Source: an uncultured delta proteobacterium (lineage in GTDB: Bacteria > Myxococcota > Myxococcia > Myxococcales > Anaeromyxobacteraceae). Taken from it: 64,000 bases of DNA. The notes under the pieces were generated by a model. The model saw nothing but the letters and a program-made list of their open reading frames with translations. It was not told the DNA's origin and did not search any database. Where the stretch lies: contig CAWHDZ010000028.1 in assembly GCA_963828255.1 (NCBI GenBank), positions 1-64,000 on the forward strand, read 5' to 3'. The position numbers were made by a program, and so were the translations under genes. This document shows positions 1-9,774 of this stretch, one piece after another. The stretch's first letter is position 1. Each line of letters begins with the position of its first letter.

Positions 1-76
1 TGGAGCGGGAAACCGGATTCGAACCGGCGACCCTCAGCTTGGGAAGCTGATGCTCTACCAACTGAGCTATTCCCGC
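1..76 (-). tRNA. tRNA-Gly (anticodon CCC)
   Basis: Reverse complement GCGGGAATAGCTCAGTTGGTAGAGCATCAGCTTCCCAAGCTGAGGGTCGCCGGTTCGAATCCGGTTTCCCGCTCCA: acceptor stem, D-arm, anticodon stem TCAGC/GCTGA around TTCCCAA, TTCGA T-loop, encoded CCA. Confidence 0.97.
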
Positions 77-141
77 ATTTCACGCTCGCAGATCTGCCCG
101 AGACGCGGCCTCCCGTCAAGGCGAAGCGCGCGCCTCGCCCC

Positions 142-2169
142 TCACCAGATGCGGCAGACGTTCTCCCTCACCATCGGCTGCCCGGCCTTGCAGGCGAAGG
201 CCTTCGCGAACGCGGGGACGTTGGGCACGAGCCCGTTCACGCGCCAGGCCGGTGGGGAGTGGGGATCGGTGGCGGCCCGGAGCCGCATGTCCTCGGGGCG
301 TTCGTTGGCGCAGGCCCACTGGGCGTTCCCCACGAAGAAGCGCTGCTCCGGGGTGAGCCCGTCGCGGGGCTCGAGCTTCTGCCCGGCGGTGGCGAGCTTC
401 CACGCGTCCCAGGCGAGCAGGATGCCGGCCAGGTCGGCGATGTCCTCGCCCAGCGTCAGCTTGGAGTTGATCTTCACGTCGTCGACGACCGTGTACTGGG
501 CGTACTGGTCGGCGACGCAGGCGGCCCGCTTCTCGAACTCCTTCGCGTCGGCCTCGGTCCACCAGTCGCGCAGGTTGCCCTTCGCGTCGAACTGGCGCCC
601 CTCGTCGTCGAAACCGTGGATGAGCTCGTGCCCGACCGTGCCGCCGGTGTTCCCGTATCCGGGGGCGAAGTCCATCTTCGGATCCCACAGCGGCGGCAGG
701 AGCACGCCGGCCGGGAAGTTCATGTCGTTCATCGACGGGTTGTAGTAGGCGTTCACGGAGGGTGGCGTCATGCCCCACTCCGTCCGGTCCACGGGCTTCC
801 CGATCTTGGCGAGCTGCCGCCGCGTCTCGAAGGTCGTCGCCCGGGCCACGTTCCCGGCGAAGTCGTCGCGCCTCACCACGACCGAAGCGTAGTCGCGCCA
901 CTTCTCGGGGTAGCCGATCTTGTTCTTCATGGCCGCGAGCTTTTCGTGGGCCGCCTTCCTGGTCTCGGGCGACATCCAGTCGAGGGCGTCGATGCGCGTC
1001 GCCATGGCCGCCTGGACGAACTTCACCATGGCGTCGGCGTCCCCCTTCACCGATGGGGGAAACACCCTGGCGACGAAGACCTGGCCCAGCGCCTCGCCCA
1101 GTTCGGCGTCGGTCCAGCGCACGCAGCGCTTCCAGCGGGGCGCGAGCTCCTTCGCCCCGCGCAGCGTGGCCGAGTAGAAGCCGAAGCTCGATTTCTGGAA
1201 CGGGGTGGAGAGGAAGGGCGAGGAGGAGCGGACGAGGTGCCAGCGCAGGTAGGTCTTCCAGGCGGCGAGCGGCTGCGCCGCGAGCTGCTGGTCCAGCTCG
1301 GCCAGGAAGGCGGGCTGGGTGACGTTCACCCAGGAGGACGTGGGCGCGCCGGAGTTCGCGAGGTAGTCCGCCCAGCGGAAGTTCTTCGAGGACCGGACGA
1401 GATTGGCGGTGGGGGTCCGGTGCCAGATCTTCTTCGGGTCCCGCTTCTCCACGTTGGTGAGCGACGACTTCGCGAGGGCCGTCTCGATGCGCATCACCGT
1501 GCGGGCCCCGTCGGCGGCCTGCTTCGCGGAAACGCCGGAGAGGCGGAGCGCCTCCGCCACATGCGCCACGTACTTCTCGCGGATCTCCTTCGAGCGGGCG
1601 TCGTCCTTCACGTAGTAGTCACGGTCGGGGAGCCCCAGGCCGCCCGCGAGGACCCAGGCCACGACCTCCTCCGAGTCGTCGAAGGACTGCTCGCTCTCGA
1701 AGCCGAAGAGCATCCCGCCGTCGACCGTCAGGTGGAGCCGGGCCACGAGCTTCGCCAGGTCGTCCTTCGACCGGAGGGCGTCGATGGCGGCGAGGTCCGC
1801 AGCGATTGGCTTCGCCCCGGCCGCCTCCACCGCCTGCTCGTCCATGCAGGCGTGGAAGAAGTCACCCACCTGGCGCTCCTGCGGCGTCCGCTCCGCGTCG
1901 GGCTTCGCGGCCGCGGTCTCGAGCAGCCCCCAGAGGAACTGGAAGTTCTCGGTGGCGGTCTTCCCGTAGACGCTCCAGGAGGACTGGTCGGGAGGAATGG
2001 GGTTTCGCTTCTGCCAGCCGCCGCAGGAGAAGGCGTAGAAGTCGATGCAGGGATCGACGGAGCGGTCCATGGCGGCCGGGTCGAGCCCGGGCGTGTAGGG
2101 CAGCTCGGTGAAGGGTCTGTCGGCGGCGAGGAGCGAGAGGGCGAGGAGGGCGGCGCTGGGCGAGGTCAT
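142..2169 (-). CDS. M13 family zinc metallopeptidase (neprilysin/PepO/ECE-like), secreted
   Basis: VNAYY, HELIH (HExxH) and GEDIAD motifs; DPCIDFYAFSCGGW N-terminus; signal-like start MTSPSAALLALSLLAA (ATG 2169). Confidence 0.93.
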   Translation of the reverse strand: MTSPSAALLALSLLAADRPFTELPYTPGLDPAAMDRSVDPCIDFYAFSCGGWQKRNPIPPDQSSWSVYGKTATENFQFLWGLLETAAAKPDAERTPQERQVGDFFHACMDEQAVEAAGAKPIAADLAAIDALRSKDDLAKLVARLHLTVDGGMLFGFESEQSFDDSEEVVAWVLAGGLGLPDRDYYVKDDARSKEIREKYVAHVAEALRLSGVSAKQAADGARTVMRIETALAKSSLTNVEKRDPKKIWHRTPTANLVRSSKNFRWADYLANSGAPTSSWVNVTQPAFLAELDQQLAAQPLAAWKTYLRWHLVRSSSPFLSTPFQKSSFGFYSATLRGAKELAPRWKRCVRWTDAELGEALGQVFVARVFPPSVKGDADAMVKFVQAAMATRIDALDWMSPETRKAAHEKLAAMKNKIGYPEKWRDYASVVVRRDDFAGNVARATTFETRRQLAKIGKPVDRTEWGMTPPSVNAYYNPSMNDMNFPAGVLLPPLWDPKMDFAPGYGNTGGTVGHELIHGFDDEGRQFDAKGNLRDWWTEADAKEFEKRAACVADQYAQYTVVDDVKINSKLTLGEDIADLAGILLAWDAWKLATAGQKLEPRDGLTPEQRFFVGNAQWACANERPEDMRLRAATDPHSPPAWRVNGLVPNVPAFAKAFACKAGQPMVRENVCRIW

Positions 2170-2198
2170 GACCCACGATTCTAAGGGCCGCCCCCCGT

Positions 2199-3029
2199 CT
2201 ACGCCTCGACGGCGTGCGCCTTCCGGTACCGGGAGAGCGCGCGCACGTCCCGCAGCGGGACCTCGAGCAGCGTGGAGAGGTTGGCCAGGATGGCGCGGAC
2301 CACGCCCTGCTCGCACTCCGCGTCAAAATGGATCTGCTCGTCGAGCCAGTGGTCGAGCCAGCCGGGGTCGGGCAGCCGGCTCTGCACGGTGTCGCGCGGG
2401 AAGAGAGACTTGTTGACGTGGAGGTTGGTGGGGTGGAGCGGCTTGCCGGTGCGGCCGCCGCTCGCCATGAGCACCCCCACGCGGGAGAAGGCGCGGCGGG
2501 CCACGTCCCCGTCCCGGTCGATGGCGCGCCGCATGTACTTCAAGTAGGCGCCGCCGTGGCGCGCCTCGTCCCGGGCGATGAGTCCGTAGATCGCCCGCAG
2601 CACCGGCTCGGAGTGCCACTCCGCCGCCCGCCGGTACCACTGGGTGAGCCGCAGCTCGCCGCAGAAGTGGAGCATGAGCGTCTCGAGCGCCGGCGCCGGG
2701 TCGAAGGGGAAGCGGACCGCTTGCAGCTCCTCCTCGGTGGGGACGAGCGCCGGGCGGAAGCGGCGCAGGTACTCCATGAGCGAGAGCGCGTGCTTCTGCT
2801 CCTCGTAGAACCAGATCGACATGAAGGCCGAGAAGTCGGCGTCGCCGGCGTTGTCCCGCAGGAACATCTCGGTGGCGGGGAGGGCGGCCCACTCGGTGAT
2901 GGCGTTCATCTTCACCGTGAGCGCCTGCTCGTCGGAGAGCAGGGCCGGGTCGAAGGAATCCCACGGGATGTCGGTGGCGAGGCTCCAGCGGGCCTCCTCC
3001 AGGCTGCGGAACAGTTCGGGGTAGAGCAT
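2199..3029 (-). CDS. ferritin-like diiron-carboxylate protein (acyl-ACP desaturase/diiron oxygenase-like)
   Basis: Two E...ExxH sets (EEQKH, DEARH); W-x5-IPW N-terminal motif. Confidence 0.8.
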   Translation of the reverse strand: MLYPELFRSLEEARWSLATDIPWDSFDPALLSDEQALTVKMNAITEWAALPATEMFLRDNAGDADFSAFMSIWFYEEQKHALSLMEYLRRFRPALVPTEEELQAVRFPFDPAPALETLMLHFCGELRLTQWYRRAAEWHSEPVLRAIYGLIARDEARHGGAYLKYMRRAIDRDGDVARRAFSRVGVLMASGGRTGKPLHPTNLHVNKSLFPRDTVQSRLPDPGWLDHWLDEQIHFDAECEQGVVRAILANLSTLLEVPLRDVRALSRYRKAHAVEA

Positions 3030-3089
3030 GGCGGAGACCTAATCCGGGCCTGTCTCCGAAACGTCACGGATGGGGTATATGAGATTTCC

Positions 3090-3548
3090 ATGGAGACCCC
3101 GGTCAAGGAGTTCCTCGCCTCCCGGCGCATCGCGCTGGTGGGCTTCTCCCGGAACCCCAAGGACTTCAGCCGGATGCTCGACGCGCAGCTCCGCGAACGC
3201 GGCTACGAGGTGGTTCCCGTCCACCCCGAGGGCGGCGAAAGGGACGGCCGCCGGGCCTTTCCACGGGTGAGCGCGATCGAGCCCCCGGTGGAGGGCGCGC
3301 TCCTGCTCGTGCCTCCAGCCCTGGCGGAATCGGTGGTCAGGGACTGTCTGGACGCGGGGTTGCGACGGATCTGGTTCCACCGGGGAGGTGGGAAGGGCAG
3401 CGCAAGCCAGGAGGCGCTCGCCCTCTGCAAGGCTCGGGGCGTGACCCCGGTCCAGGACCTCTGCCCGATGATGGTGCTCCCCGGCGCCTCCTGGCCACAC
3501 CGCCTCCATGGCTGGTTCCGGGCGCGCGGGCGGGCGGGGTCGCGATAG
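3090..3548 (+). CDS. CoA-binding domain protein (YccU-like)
   Basis: IALVGFSRNPKDFS...GYEVVPVHP...IWF...CP motifs; ATG 3090 in the frame of ORF 2214..3548. Confidence 0.85.
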   Translation: METPVKEFLASRRIALVGFSRNPKDFSRMLDAQLRERGYEVVPVHPEGGERDGRRAFPRVSAIEPPVEGALLLVPPALAESVVRDCLDAGLRRIWFHRGGGKGSASQEALALCKARGVTPVQDLCPMMVLPGASWPHRLHGWFRARGRAGSR

Positions 3549-3652
3549 CGCTCGCTTGCGGCGTCGCTCGATCGCGGGACACCAGGAAATCGGATGTGTG
3601 TACCGGGATCCCCCGGTAGGCAGGGCCTTTCCATCTCGGTAGATTTCCCGAC

Positions 3653-4216
3653 ATGGAACGGCGGATCTCCAGCACGTGGTCGAAGGCGGGACGGGTCGCG
3701 ACCTACGCGGCCGCGCTGGTCCTCGCCTCGTGCACCGCGTCGGCGTCCACCGTCGACCAGGCCGACTTCGCTATCCGTGACATCGCGGTGGTCCTCCGGT
3801 CGAGCGAGCCCTTCACGCGCGCGACCGACTTCCCGGCGCGCGTCGAGAGCACGCTCGACGCGGCCCTCGAGTACTGGGGCGGCAACTGGGACCACCTCGC
3901 CGGCCGGTCCATCACCTTCGAGGGCGGCCAGACGGTCACCTGCGGCACCCACACCGGGGCGTTCGGCTGCTTCGACGGCAACATCCGGCTCAGCACGCGC
4001 GACCCGGCCTTCCCCTTCTCCTGCGTCGAGCAGACCGTGCTCGTCCACGAGGTCGGCCACGCGGTGATCGGCGACGTCGGGCACGAGGACCCGCGCTGGA
4101 TGGACTTCAGCGCGGTGATGGCGCGGCTGAACGGCCGCCGCGGCTACACGGCGAGCGGCGACGGCGACTGCCAGCTCTACGTCTCCGTGTGGCAGCACCC
4201 GCCCGACGTCCGCTGA
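3653..4216 (+). CDS. hypothetical lipoprotein with zincin-like HExxH motif
   Basis: Lipobox-like LVLASC; HEVGHAVIGDVGH; coding-like codon bias. Confidence 0.65.
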   Translation: MERRISSTWSKAGRVATYAAALVLASCTASASTVDQADFAIRDIAVVLRSSEPFTRATDFPARVESTLDAALEYWGGNWDHLAGRSITFEGGQTVTCGTHTGAFGCFDGNIRLSTRDPAFPFSCVEQTVLVHEVGHAVIGDVGHEDPRWMDFSAVMARLNGRRGYTASGDGDCQLYVSVWQHPPDVR

Positions 4217-4229
4217 TCCGCTCCCTGGC

Positions 4230-4892
4230 TCAATCGTCCGGGTAGAGCAGGTCGAGGTCGTGGTCCGTGAGCCGCTCGTCGGCCGCCCCCCCCGTCTCCC
4301 ACTCCAGCATCCCCGGGAGCGAGAGCAGCGCGGCCAGGTACTCGCCGGTCGCTCCCGAGGGCCTGACGCCGTAGGTCCGGAACCGGAACGCCACCGGCGC
4401 GTAGAAGGCGTCGGCGATGGTGAAGGTCCCGAAGAGCAGGTCGCCCCGGGCACCGAAGCGCGACCGGGTGTCGTTCCAGATCCGCTCCACCCGCGCGATG
4501 TCGCGGAGGACGGCCTCGGAGCGGCGCCGCTGCGGACGTCGCGCCCGCACGTCCATCGACATCTCCTGCCGCAGCGCCTGGAACCCGGAATGCATCTCGG
4601 CGGAGATGCAGCGGGCCCAGGCGCGGGCCACGGGGTCGGCGGGCCAGAGGCCGGGGTGGCGCTCCGCCAGGTACTCGGCGATGGCCAGCGAGTCCCAGAC
4701 CAGCACCTCGCCGTCGGCCAGCACCGGGACCCGCCCGGCCGGGAGCCGGCCGAAGCGGGCGGCCTTCCCCGGGTCTTCCTGCAGGGAGACCAGCTCCTCC
4801 TGGAAGGGGATCCCGCCCTGCCGGAGCACGAGCCAGGGGCGCAGCGACCAGGAGGAGTAGTTCTTGTTCCCGATGAAGAGCGTGTAGGCCAT
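4230..4892 (-). CDS. glutathione S-transferase family protein
   Basis: GNKNYSSWSLRPW, GRVPVL, WDSLAIAEYL, AEMHSGF, IADAFYAPV motifs. Confidence 0.93.
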   Translation of the reverse strand: MAYTLFIGNKNYSSWSLRPWLVLRQGGIPFQEELVSLQEDPGKAARFGRLPAGRVPVLADGEVLVWDSLAIAEYLAERHPGLWPADPVARAWARCISAEMHSGFQALRQEMSMDVRARRPQRRRSEAVLRDIARVERIWNDTRSRFGARGDLLFGTFTIADAFYAPVAFRFRTYGVRPSGATGEYLAALLSLPGMLEWETGGAADERLTDHDLDLLYPDD

Positions 4893-4909
4893 GGGAGCGG
4901 TCTAGTACG

Positions 4910-5536
4910 ATGGGCGCCCCGATGCACGGATCGGCCACCCTCTTCCTGGTCCGCCACGGCGAGACCGACTGGAACGCCGCCGGCAGGTGGCAGGGGCAGA
5001 CGGACGTCCCCCTGAACGCCCGGGGGCGGGAGCAGGCCATCGAGGTCGCCATCCGGCTCCGCGCGGAGAAGATCGCCTCCGTGGCCTCGAGCGACCTCCT
5101 GCGGGCGCGGGCCACCGCCGAGCTGGTGGCGGCCGAGCTCGGACTGGTGGTGAACCACCTCGACCCGGCGCTCCGCGAGCGGCGGTTCGGCTGCTTCGAG
5201 GGGCTGACGCGGGAGGAGGTGGCGGCCCGCTTCCCGGAGGCCTGGGCCCGCTACCTCGAGGACCCGGGCCCGGCGCCCCCCGGGGGCGAGACGCGCGAGG
5301 AACTGGTCGGGCGGCTCCTCCCCGCCGTGGCTTCCTCCTCCGCCCGGCTCCCCGGGCCGCTCCTCGTGGTCATGCACGGCGGGGCGATGCGCGCGCTGCT
5401 CTCCGACCACGTGCGGGGGATGCCGCGGCCGTCGTCGCCAGCCTGGCCGCTGCACGGGATCCAGAACGGCCACGTGTACCGGGTGAGGCTGGAAGGCGGC
5501 CGGATCGTCGCCGCGGGGCGGGTCGGACCGCTGTGA
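4910..5536 (+). CDS. histidine phosphatase (phosphoglycerate mutase) family protein
   Basis: LVRHGETDWN, SSDLLRA, LRE, PGGE, HGG motifs; true start may be ATG 4922. Confidence 0.9.
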   Translation: MGAPMHGSATLFLVRHGETDWNAAGRWQGQTDVPLNARGREQAIEVAIRLRAEKIASVASSDLLRARATAELVAAELGLVVNHLDPALRERRFGCFEGLTREEVAARFPEAWARYLEDPGPAPPGGETREELVGRLLPAVASSSARLPGPLLVVMHGGAMRALLSDHVRGMPRPSSPAWPLHGIQNGHVYRVRLEGGRIVAAGRVGPL

Positions 5537-5635
5537 CGCCCCTTCGGGGTCGTCCTCGTCCCCCCGTCACATCCCACTCGCGCGTCCGGTCTGGTGGGCG
5601 AGGGGGCGATCCCGCCCCGACCCGGGAGAGAGACC

Positions 5636-6913
5636 ATGAGAGCCACGTTCCTCGCCGTCGCGGTGCTGGCCGCCGCCTGCGGCGCCGAAGTCCCCACCCC
5701 GCCCGACGCGCTCGCCAGCGCCGTCCGGGAGGATCGTCACCACGGATCCACGGTGAAGGTCATGACCCGGAACCTCTACCTGGGGGCGGACATCCTGGCC
5801 ATCGCGCAGGCGCCCGGCCCCGCGGAGGCGCTCATGGCCGCCAACGTGGTCTGGGCCACGGTGCAGGCCTCCCGCTACCCGGCGCGCGCAGCGGCCATGG
5901 CCAGGGAGATCGCCCACCACCGCCCGGACGTGCTCGCGCTCCAGGAGGTCACGACCTGGCGGCTCGGCCCTCCGCTGGCCTGCATGGCCGGCGCCCCGGT
6001 CCCTCCCACGGCCGCCGAGCCGGCCATCGACTTCCTCCCCACCCTGCTCCGCGCCCTCGACCACGAAGGGGTCCACTACGAGGTCGCCGCCCAGATCACC
6101 TCCATGGACGCCGAGCTCTGCATCGGCGACCCGTCCGATCCAGCATCCCTGCGCGATCTCCGCTACACCGACCACGACGTGATCCTGGTCCGCAAGGGCG
6201 TGCACTGGCGCGACCCCACCCTTCCGCCGGCCCAGCCCCTGCCCGGCTTCGTTCCGGCTCCCGTCCCGCCCGGACCGGGCGATTGCAACGGCGCCCTCTT
6301 CGCGGTGGCGCTCGCGGACGGCACGCCGGCCACCGCGGCATTCACCGTGGGTGGAAGCAGCGAGCCGGTCTTCAGCTGGCGTGGCTGGACGGCGGTCGAG
6401 GTGGAGCGGGGCGGCAGCTGGGTCCGCGTATTCGGAACCCACGTCGAGGACACGCTCCAGGCCCTCGCCGACGCGGGCCTTCCCACCTGGCTCTTCCAGG
6501 CCCTGCAGGACGCCCAGCTCGTCGCCATCGTGGACGCGGTCTACCTCGACCCGGCCTCGACCCTGCCCACCATCGTGCTCGGCGACTTCAACGCCTACGT
6601 GGAGCCCGCCGACCCGAGCCCGCCGACCTACGCCTTCCTCACCGGCGGCCCCTTCCCGCTCGACCCGGCCCTGGACGGGATCTCCCCGCTCCGCGACGCC
6701 TGGACCGCGCTGCGCCCCGGGGACTGGGGCTTCACCTGGGGATTCGACGAGGACCTGCGCGGCGGCAAGCTCTCGACCCGGCTCGACCTCGTCCTCGCCA
6801 CGCCCGAGCTCACCCCCGGCGCCATCGAGCGCACCGGCGTCCGGACCCGGACACGCACCGGCCTCCACCCCTCCGACCACGCCGGCGTGGTCGCGACCTT
6901 CGCCCTCCCCTGA
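5636..6913 (+). CDS. endonuclease/exonuclease/phosphatase (EEP) family lipoprotein
   Basis: Lipobox LAAAC; MTRNLYLG, LQEV, GDFN, RLD, PSDH motifs; GGGAGAG upstream of ATG 5636. Confidence 0.88.
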   Translation: MRATFLAVAVLAAACGAEVPTPPDALASAVREDRHHGSTVKVMTRNLYLGADILAIAQAPGPAEALMAANVVWATVQASRYPARAAAMAREIAHHRPDVLALQEVTTWRLGPPLACMAGAPVPPTAAEPAIDFLPTLLRALDHEGVHYEVAAQITSMDAELCIGDPSDPASLRDLRYTDHDVILVRKGVHWRDPTLPPAQPLPGFVPAPVPPGPGDCNGALFAVALADGTPATAAFTVGGSSEPVFSWRGWTAVEVERGGSWVRVFGTHVEDTLQALADAGLPTWLFQALQDAQLVAIVDAVYLDPASTLPTIVLGDFNAYVEPADPSPPTYAFLTGGPFPLDPALDGISPLRDAWTALRPGDWGFTWGFDEDLRGGKLSTRLDLVLATPELTPGAIERTGVRTRTRTGLHPSDHAGVVATFALP

Positions 6914-6956
6914 CGGACGGTGACAGGCGGGCAGGGATGGTGGCATCGTTCGGGGC

Positions 6957-9773
6957 GTGCCCCAGCGCACGCCCCTATCCGAGCTCGTCGCCCGGCTCGT
7001 CGCGGCGCCGCCGGTCCCCCTCGCCGAGGGCTGGACCGGCGCGCTCCGTCCCGGCGCCGTGGTGGACCACTTCGAGATCCTGGGCGAGCTGGGGCGGGGC
7101 GGCTTCGGTGTCGTCTACGAGGCGCGGGACCGGCGGCTGGGCAGGCTCGTGGCCTTCAAGGCGATTCGCCCAGGCCCGCCGGAGGAGAGTCCTCGTCGCG
7201 CCGAGTGGCTGGCGCGGGAGGCAGAGGCGGCGGCCCGGCTCGACCACCCCAACATCGTCACCATCCACGACGTCGGGACCGGCGCGGCCGGGCCGTACAT
7301 CGTCATGGAGCGGCTCCAAGGGGAGACCCTCCGGGAGCGGCTCGACCGCGGCCCGGTCCCCTCCGCCGAGGCCTACCGGATCATCCGCGAGGTCGTCCGC
7401 GGAGTCGCCCACGCCCACGCCTGCGGCGTCGTGCACCGGGACCTGAAGCCCGCCAACGTCTTCCTGCGCCGCGACGGAGGGGTGAAGGTCCTCGACTTCG
7501 GCCTGGCCCGGATCCTGGGCGGCGGGGCCGCGCCCGACGGAGGCACGCCGGACTACATGGCGCCGGAGCAGGAGGCCGGCGGTCCCGGGGACGCGCGCAG
7601 CGACGTCTACTCCCTCGGCATGATGCTCGAGGAGATGCTCGGGCCGGCCCGGACGTCGCGGCCGATCGGGAAGATCGCGGAGCGCGCCCGCCAGGCCGAC
7701 CCCGCGGCGCGCTACCGGGACGGCCGGGAGATGCTGGAGGCGCTGGAGGGCGGCGCCGGCCCGATGCCCCGGCGCCCCCGCTGGCGCGCGGCCGGGCTCG
7801 TTGCCTTCCTGCTCGCCTCGGTCGGCGTGGCCGCCTGGCTCCTCCAGCGCGGGGCCGACGGGGTGGAGCGTGTCGGGGTGGCCGTCGCCGACGTCGAGAA
7901 CGCCACCGGAGATGCCGAGCTGGACGGCATCTCCGGGCTCCTCTCCACGTCGCTCGCCCAGTCCCCCCACCTCGCGGTGGTGCCACGCCCCCGACTCCTC
8001 GACGCCATGGCCGCCGCAGGCGGCGGGGAGCCTCCGGAGCGGGTGGACGCCGCCGCGGCCCGCGAGCACGGGGTGCGCGCCGGGGCCCGCGCGGTGCTCG
8101 CGCCCGCGGTCCGGGCCGAGGGGACCGGGCTGGAGCTCGAGGTGCGCGCCGTCTCCGCCGAGTCCGGGGCGCCCCTCTTCACGGTGAAGGAGCGCGCGGC
8201 CGGGAAGGGCGAGGTCCCCGCGGCCCTCGACCGGCTCTCCCGCTCCACCCGGCTCGCGCTGCGGGAGCGGGACGCCGACGTCCGTTCGTCCGACATCCGG
8301 CTCGCCGACGCGGTGACGAGCAGCCTCCTCGCCTACCAGCACTACACCGCCAGCCAGCAGTGCATGTACCGGACCTCGTTCGGGCAGGACTGCGCCGAGC
8401 ACCTCGAGAAGGCGCTGGCCGCCGACCCCACCTTCGCGCTCGCCCACTACCAGCTGGCGGTGTGGCGCGCCCACCACGGAGGCTCGCGCGAGGAGCAGCG
8501 CCTCGCCACCGAGGCTGCCTCCCGCCACATCGGCCGCGTTCCGCCCAAGGAGCGGTCCCTCATCCGTGCCTGGGTCGCCCACTTCGACGGCCGCGACGAC
8601 GAGGCGCTCGAGCACCTCACCTCCCTCGTGGCGTCGAACCCCACCGACGAGGAGGCGATCTACGAGGCCGGCGACCTGCTCTACCACCGGTCGGAGTTCG
8701 AGCAGGCCGCTCCCTGGTTCGAGCGGCAGCTCCACCTCGACCCGCAGCTGGCCCACGGCTGGGGGCTCGAGCACCTCGCCCATTCCCTGGGTGCGCTGGG
8801 GCGACGCGAGGAGCTGCAGCGTCTGGCCCTCCGGTGGAGCACGGGGCCGGTGAACGTCGCGAACCTGCACGCGCTCGCCACCGCGCTCGCCTGGCTGGGA
8901 GACCTGCCGGGCGCGGCGGCGGCCGCCCGGAGGGAGGAGGCGGCGGGCGGCGGGCTCTCGGCCCTGGAGGACCAGGCCTACGTGGCCATCATGGCCGGCC
9001 AGTACGACGACGTCCGCCAGGCCCTCGAACCGCTCACCAGGCCGGGGAGCCCGGCCCGGGCCTTCGGGTACCTGGCGCTCGTGGCCATGGACGGGTACCA
9101 GGGGCGGCGCGCCGAAGGGCGGAGCAGGCTCGACGCCATGGCGCGCGAGCTCGGCCCCGCCGGGCAGGACGCCCTGGTCCGGGGCATGCGCATCCAGTAC
9201 CTGGCCGGGGACGGCGACGAGAAGGCGCTGCGCCAGGAGGTGGAGGGGCTCCGGGCGCTCGACCCGGAGGCGGCGGCCGTGCACGCTCCGCTCCTCGCAT
9301 GGCTGGGGATGGTGGAGGACGCGACACGACTGGCTCCCCACCTCCGCAAGGGGTCGCCCCGGCAGCGCACCCTCGATGCGGTGCTCCTCTGGCAGGAAGG
9401 CCGGCGCGAGGAGGGGCTCCGGCGCCTCAGGGAGATCGCGCGGACGTCGCCGTACGACGTGGACTTCGGCCTGGCGCCGGCCTTCATCGTCGCCGACCTG
9501 GCGGCGCGGTCGGGCGCCGACGCCGAGGCGGTGGATGGATTCCGCCGGTTCCGCGCGCTCGTCATCCCCACCTCGATGTGGCGGAGCTGGGCGCTTCCCC
9601 GCTCGCTGGTGCTGGAGGCCGAGGCGCTCATGCGGCTGGGGCGGGTCGCCGAGGCGCAGGAGACCCTCGGGAGATTTGACGCGGAGTGGAGCATGGCCGA
9701 CGACGGCCTGCCGCTGCTCGCGCGCGCCGACGAGGTCGCCGGGCGGATTCCTGCGGCCGGGGGCGGGAACTGA
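6957..9773 (+). CDS. membrane Hanks-type Ser/Thr protein kinase with C-terminal TPR-like region
   Basis: LGRGGFGVVY, VAFK, HRDLKPAN, DFG, GTPDYMAPE; one TM helix; helical repeats (PTFALAHYQLA). Confidence 0.92.
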   Translation: MPQRTPLSELVARLVAAPPVPLAEGWTGALRPGAVVDHFEILGELGRGGFGVVYEARDRRLGRLVAFKAIRPGPPEESPRRAEWLAREAEAAARLDHPNIVTIHDVGTGAAGPYIVMERLQGETLRERLDRGPVPSAEAYRIIREVVRGVAHAHACGVVHRDLKPANVFLRRDGGVKVLDFGLARILGGGAAPDGGTPDYMAPEQEAGGPGDARSDVYSLGMMLEEMLGPARTSRPIGKIAERARQADPAARYRDGREMLEALEGGAGPMPRRPRWRAAGLVAFLLASVGVAAWLLQRGADGVERVGVAVADVENATGDAELDGISGLLSTSLAQSPHLAVVPRPRLLDAMAAAGGGEPPERVDAAAAREHGVRAGARAVLAPAVRAEGTGLELEVRAVSAESGAPLFTVKERAAGKGEVPAALDRLSRSTRLALRERDADVRSSDIRLADAVTSSLLAYQHYTASQQCMYRTSFGQDCAEHLEKALAADPTFALAHYQLAVWRAHHGGSREEQRLATEAASRHIGRVPPKERSLIRAWVAHFDGRDDEALEHLTSLVASNPTDEEAIYEAGDLLYHRSEFEQAAPWFERQLHLDPQLAHGWGLEHLAHSLGALGRREELQRLALRWSTGPVNVANLHALATALAWLGDLPGAAAAARREEAAGGGLSALEDQAYVAIMAGQYDDVRQALEPLTRPGSPARAFGYLALVAMDGYQGRRAEGRSRLDAMARELGPAGQDALVRGMRIQYLAGDGDEKALRQEVEGLRALDPEAAAVHAPLLAWLGMVEDATRLAPHLRKGSPRQRTLDAVLLWQEGRREEGLRRLREIARTSPYDVDFGLAPAFIVADLAARSGADAEAVDGFRRFRALVIPTSMWRSWALPRSLVLEAEALMRLGRVAEAQETLGRFDAEWSMADDGLPLLARADEVAGRIPAAGGGN

Positions 9774-9774
9774 C

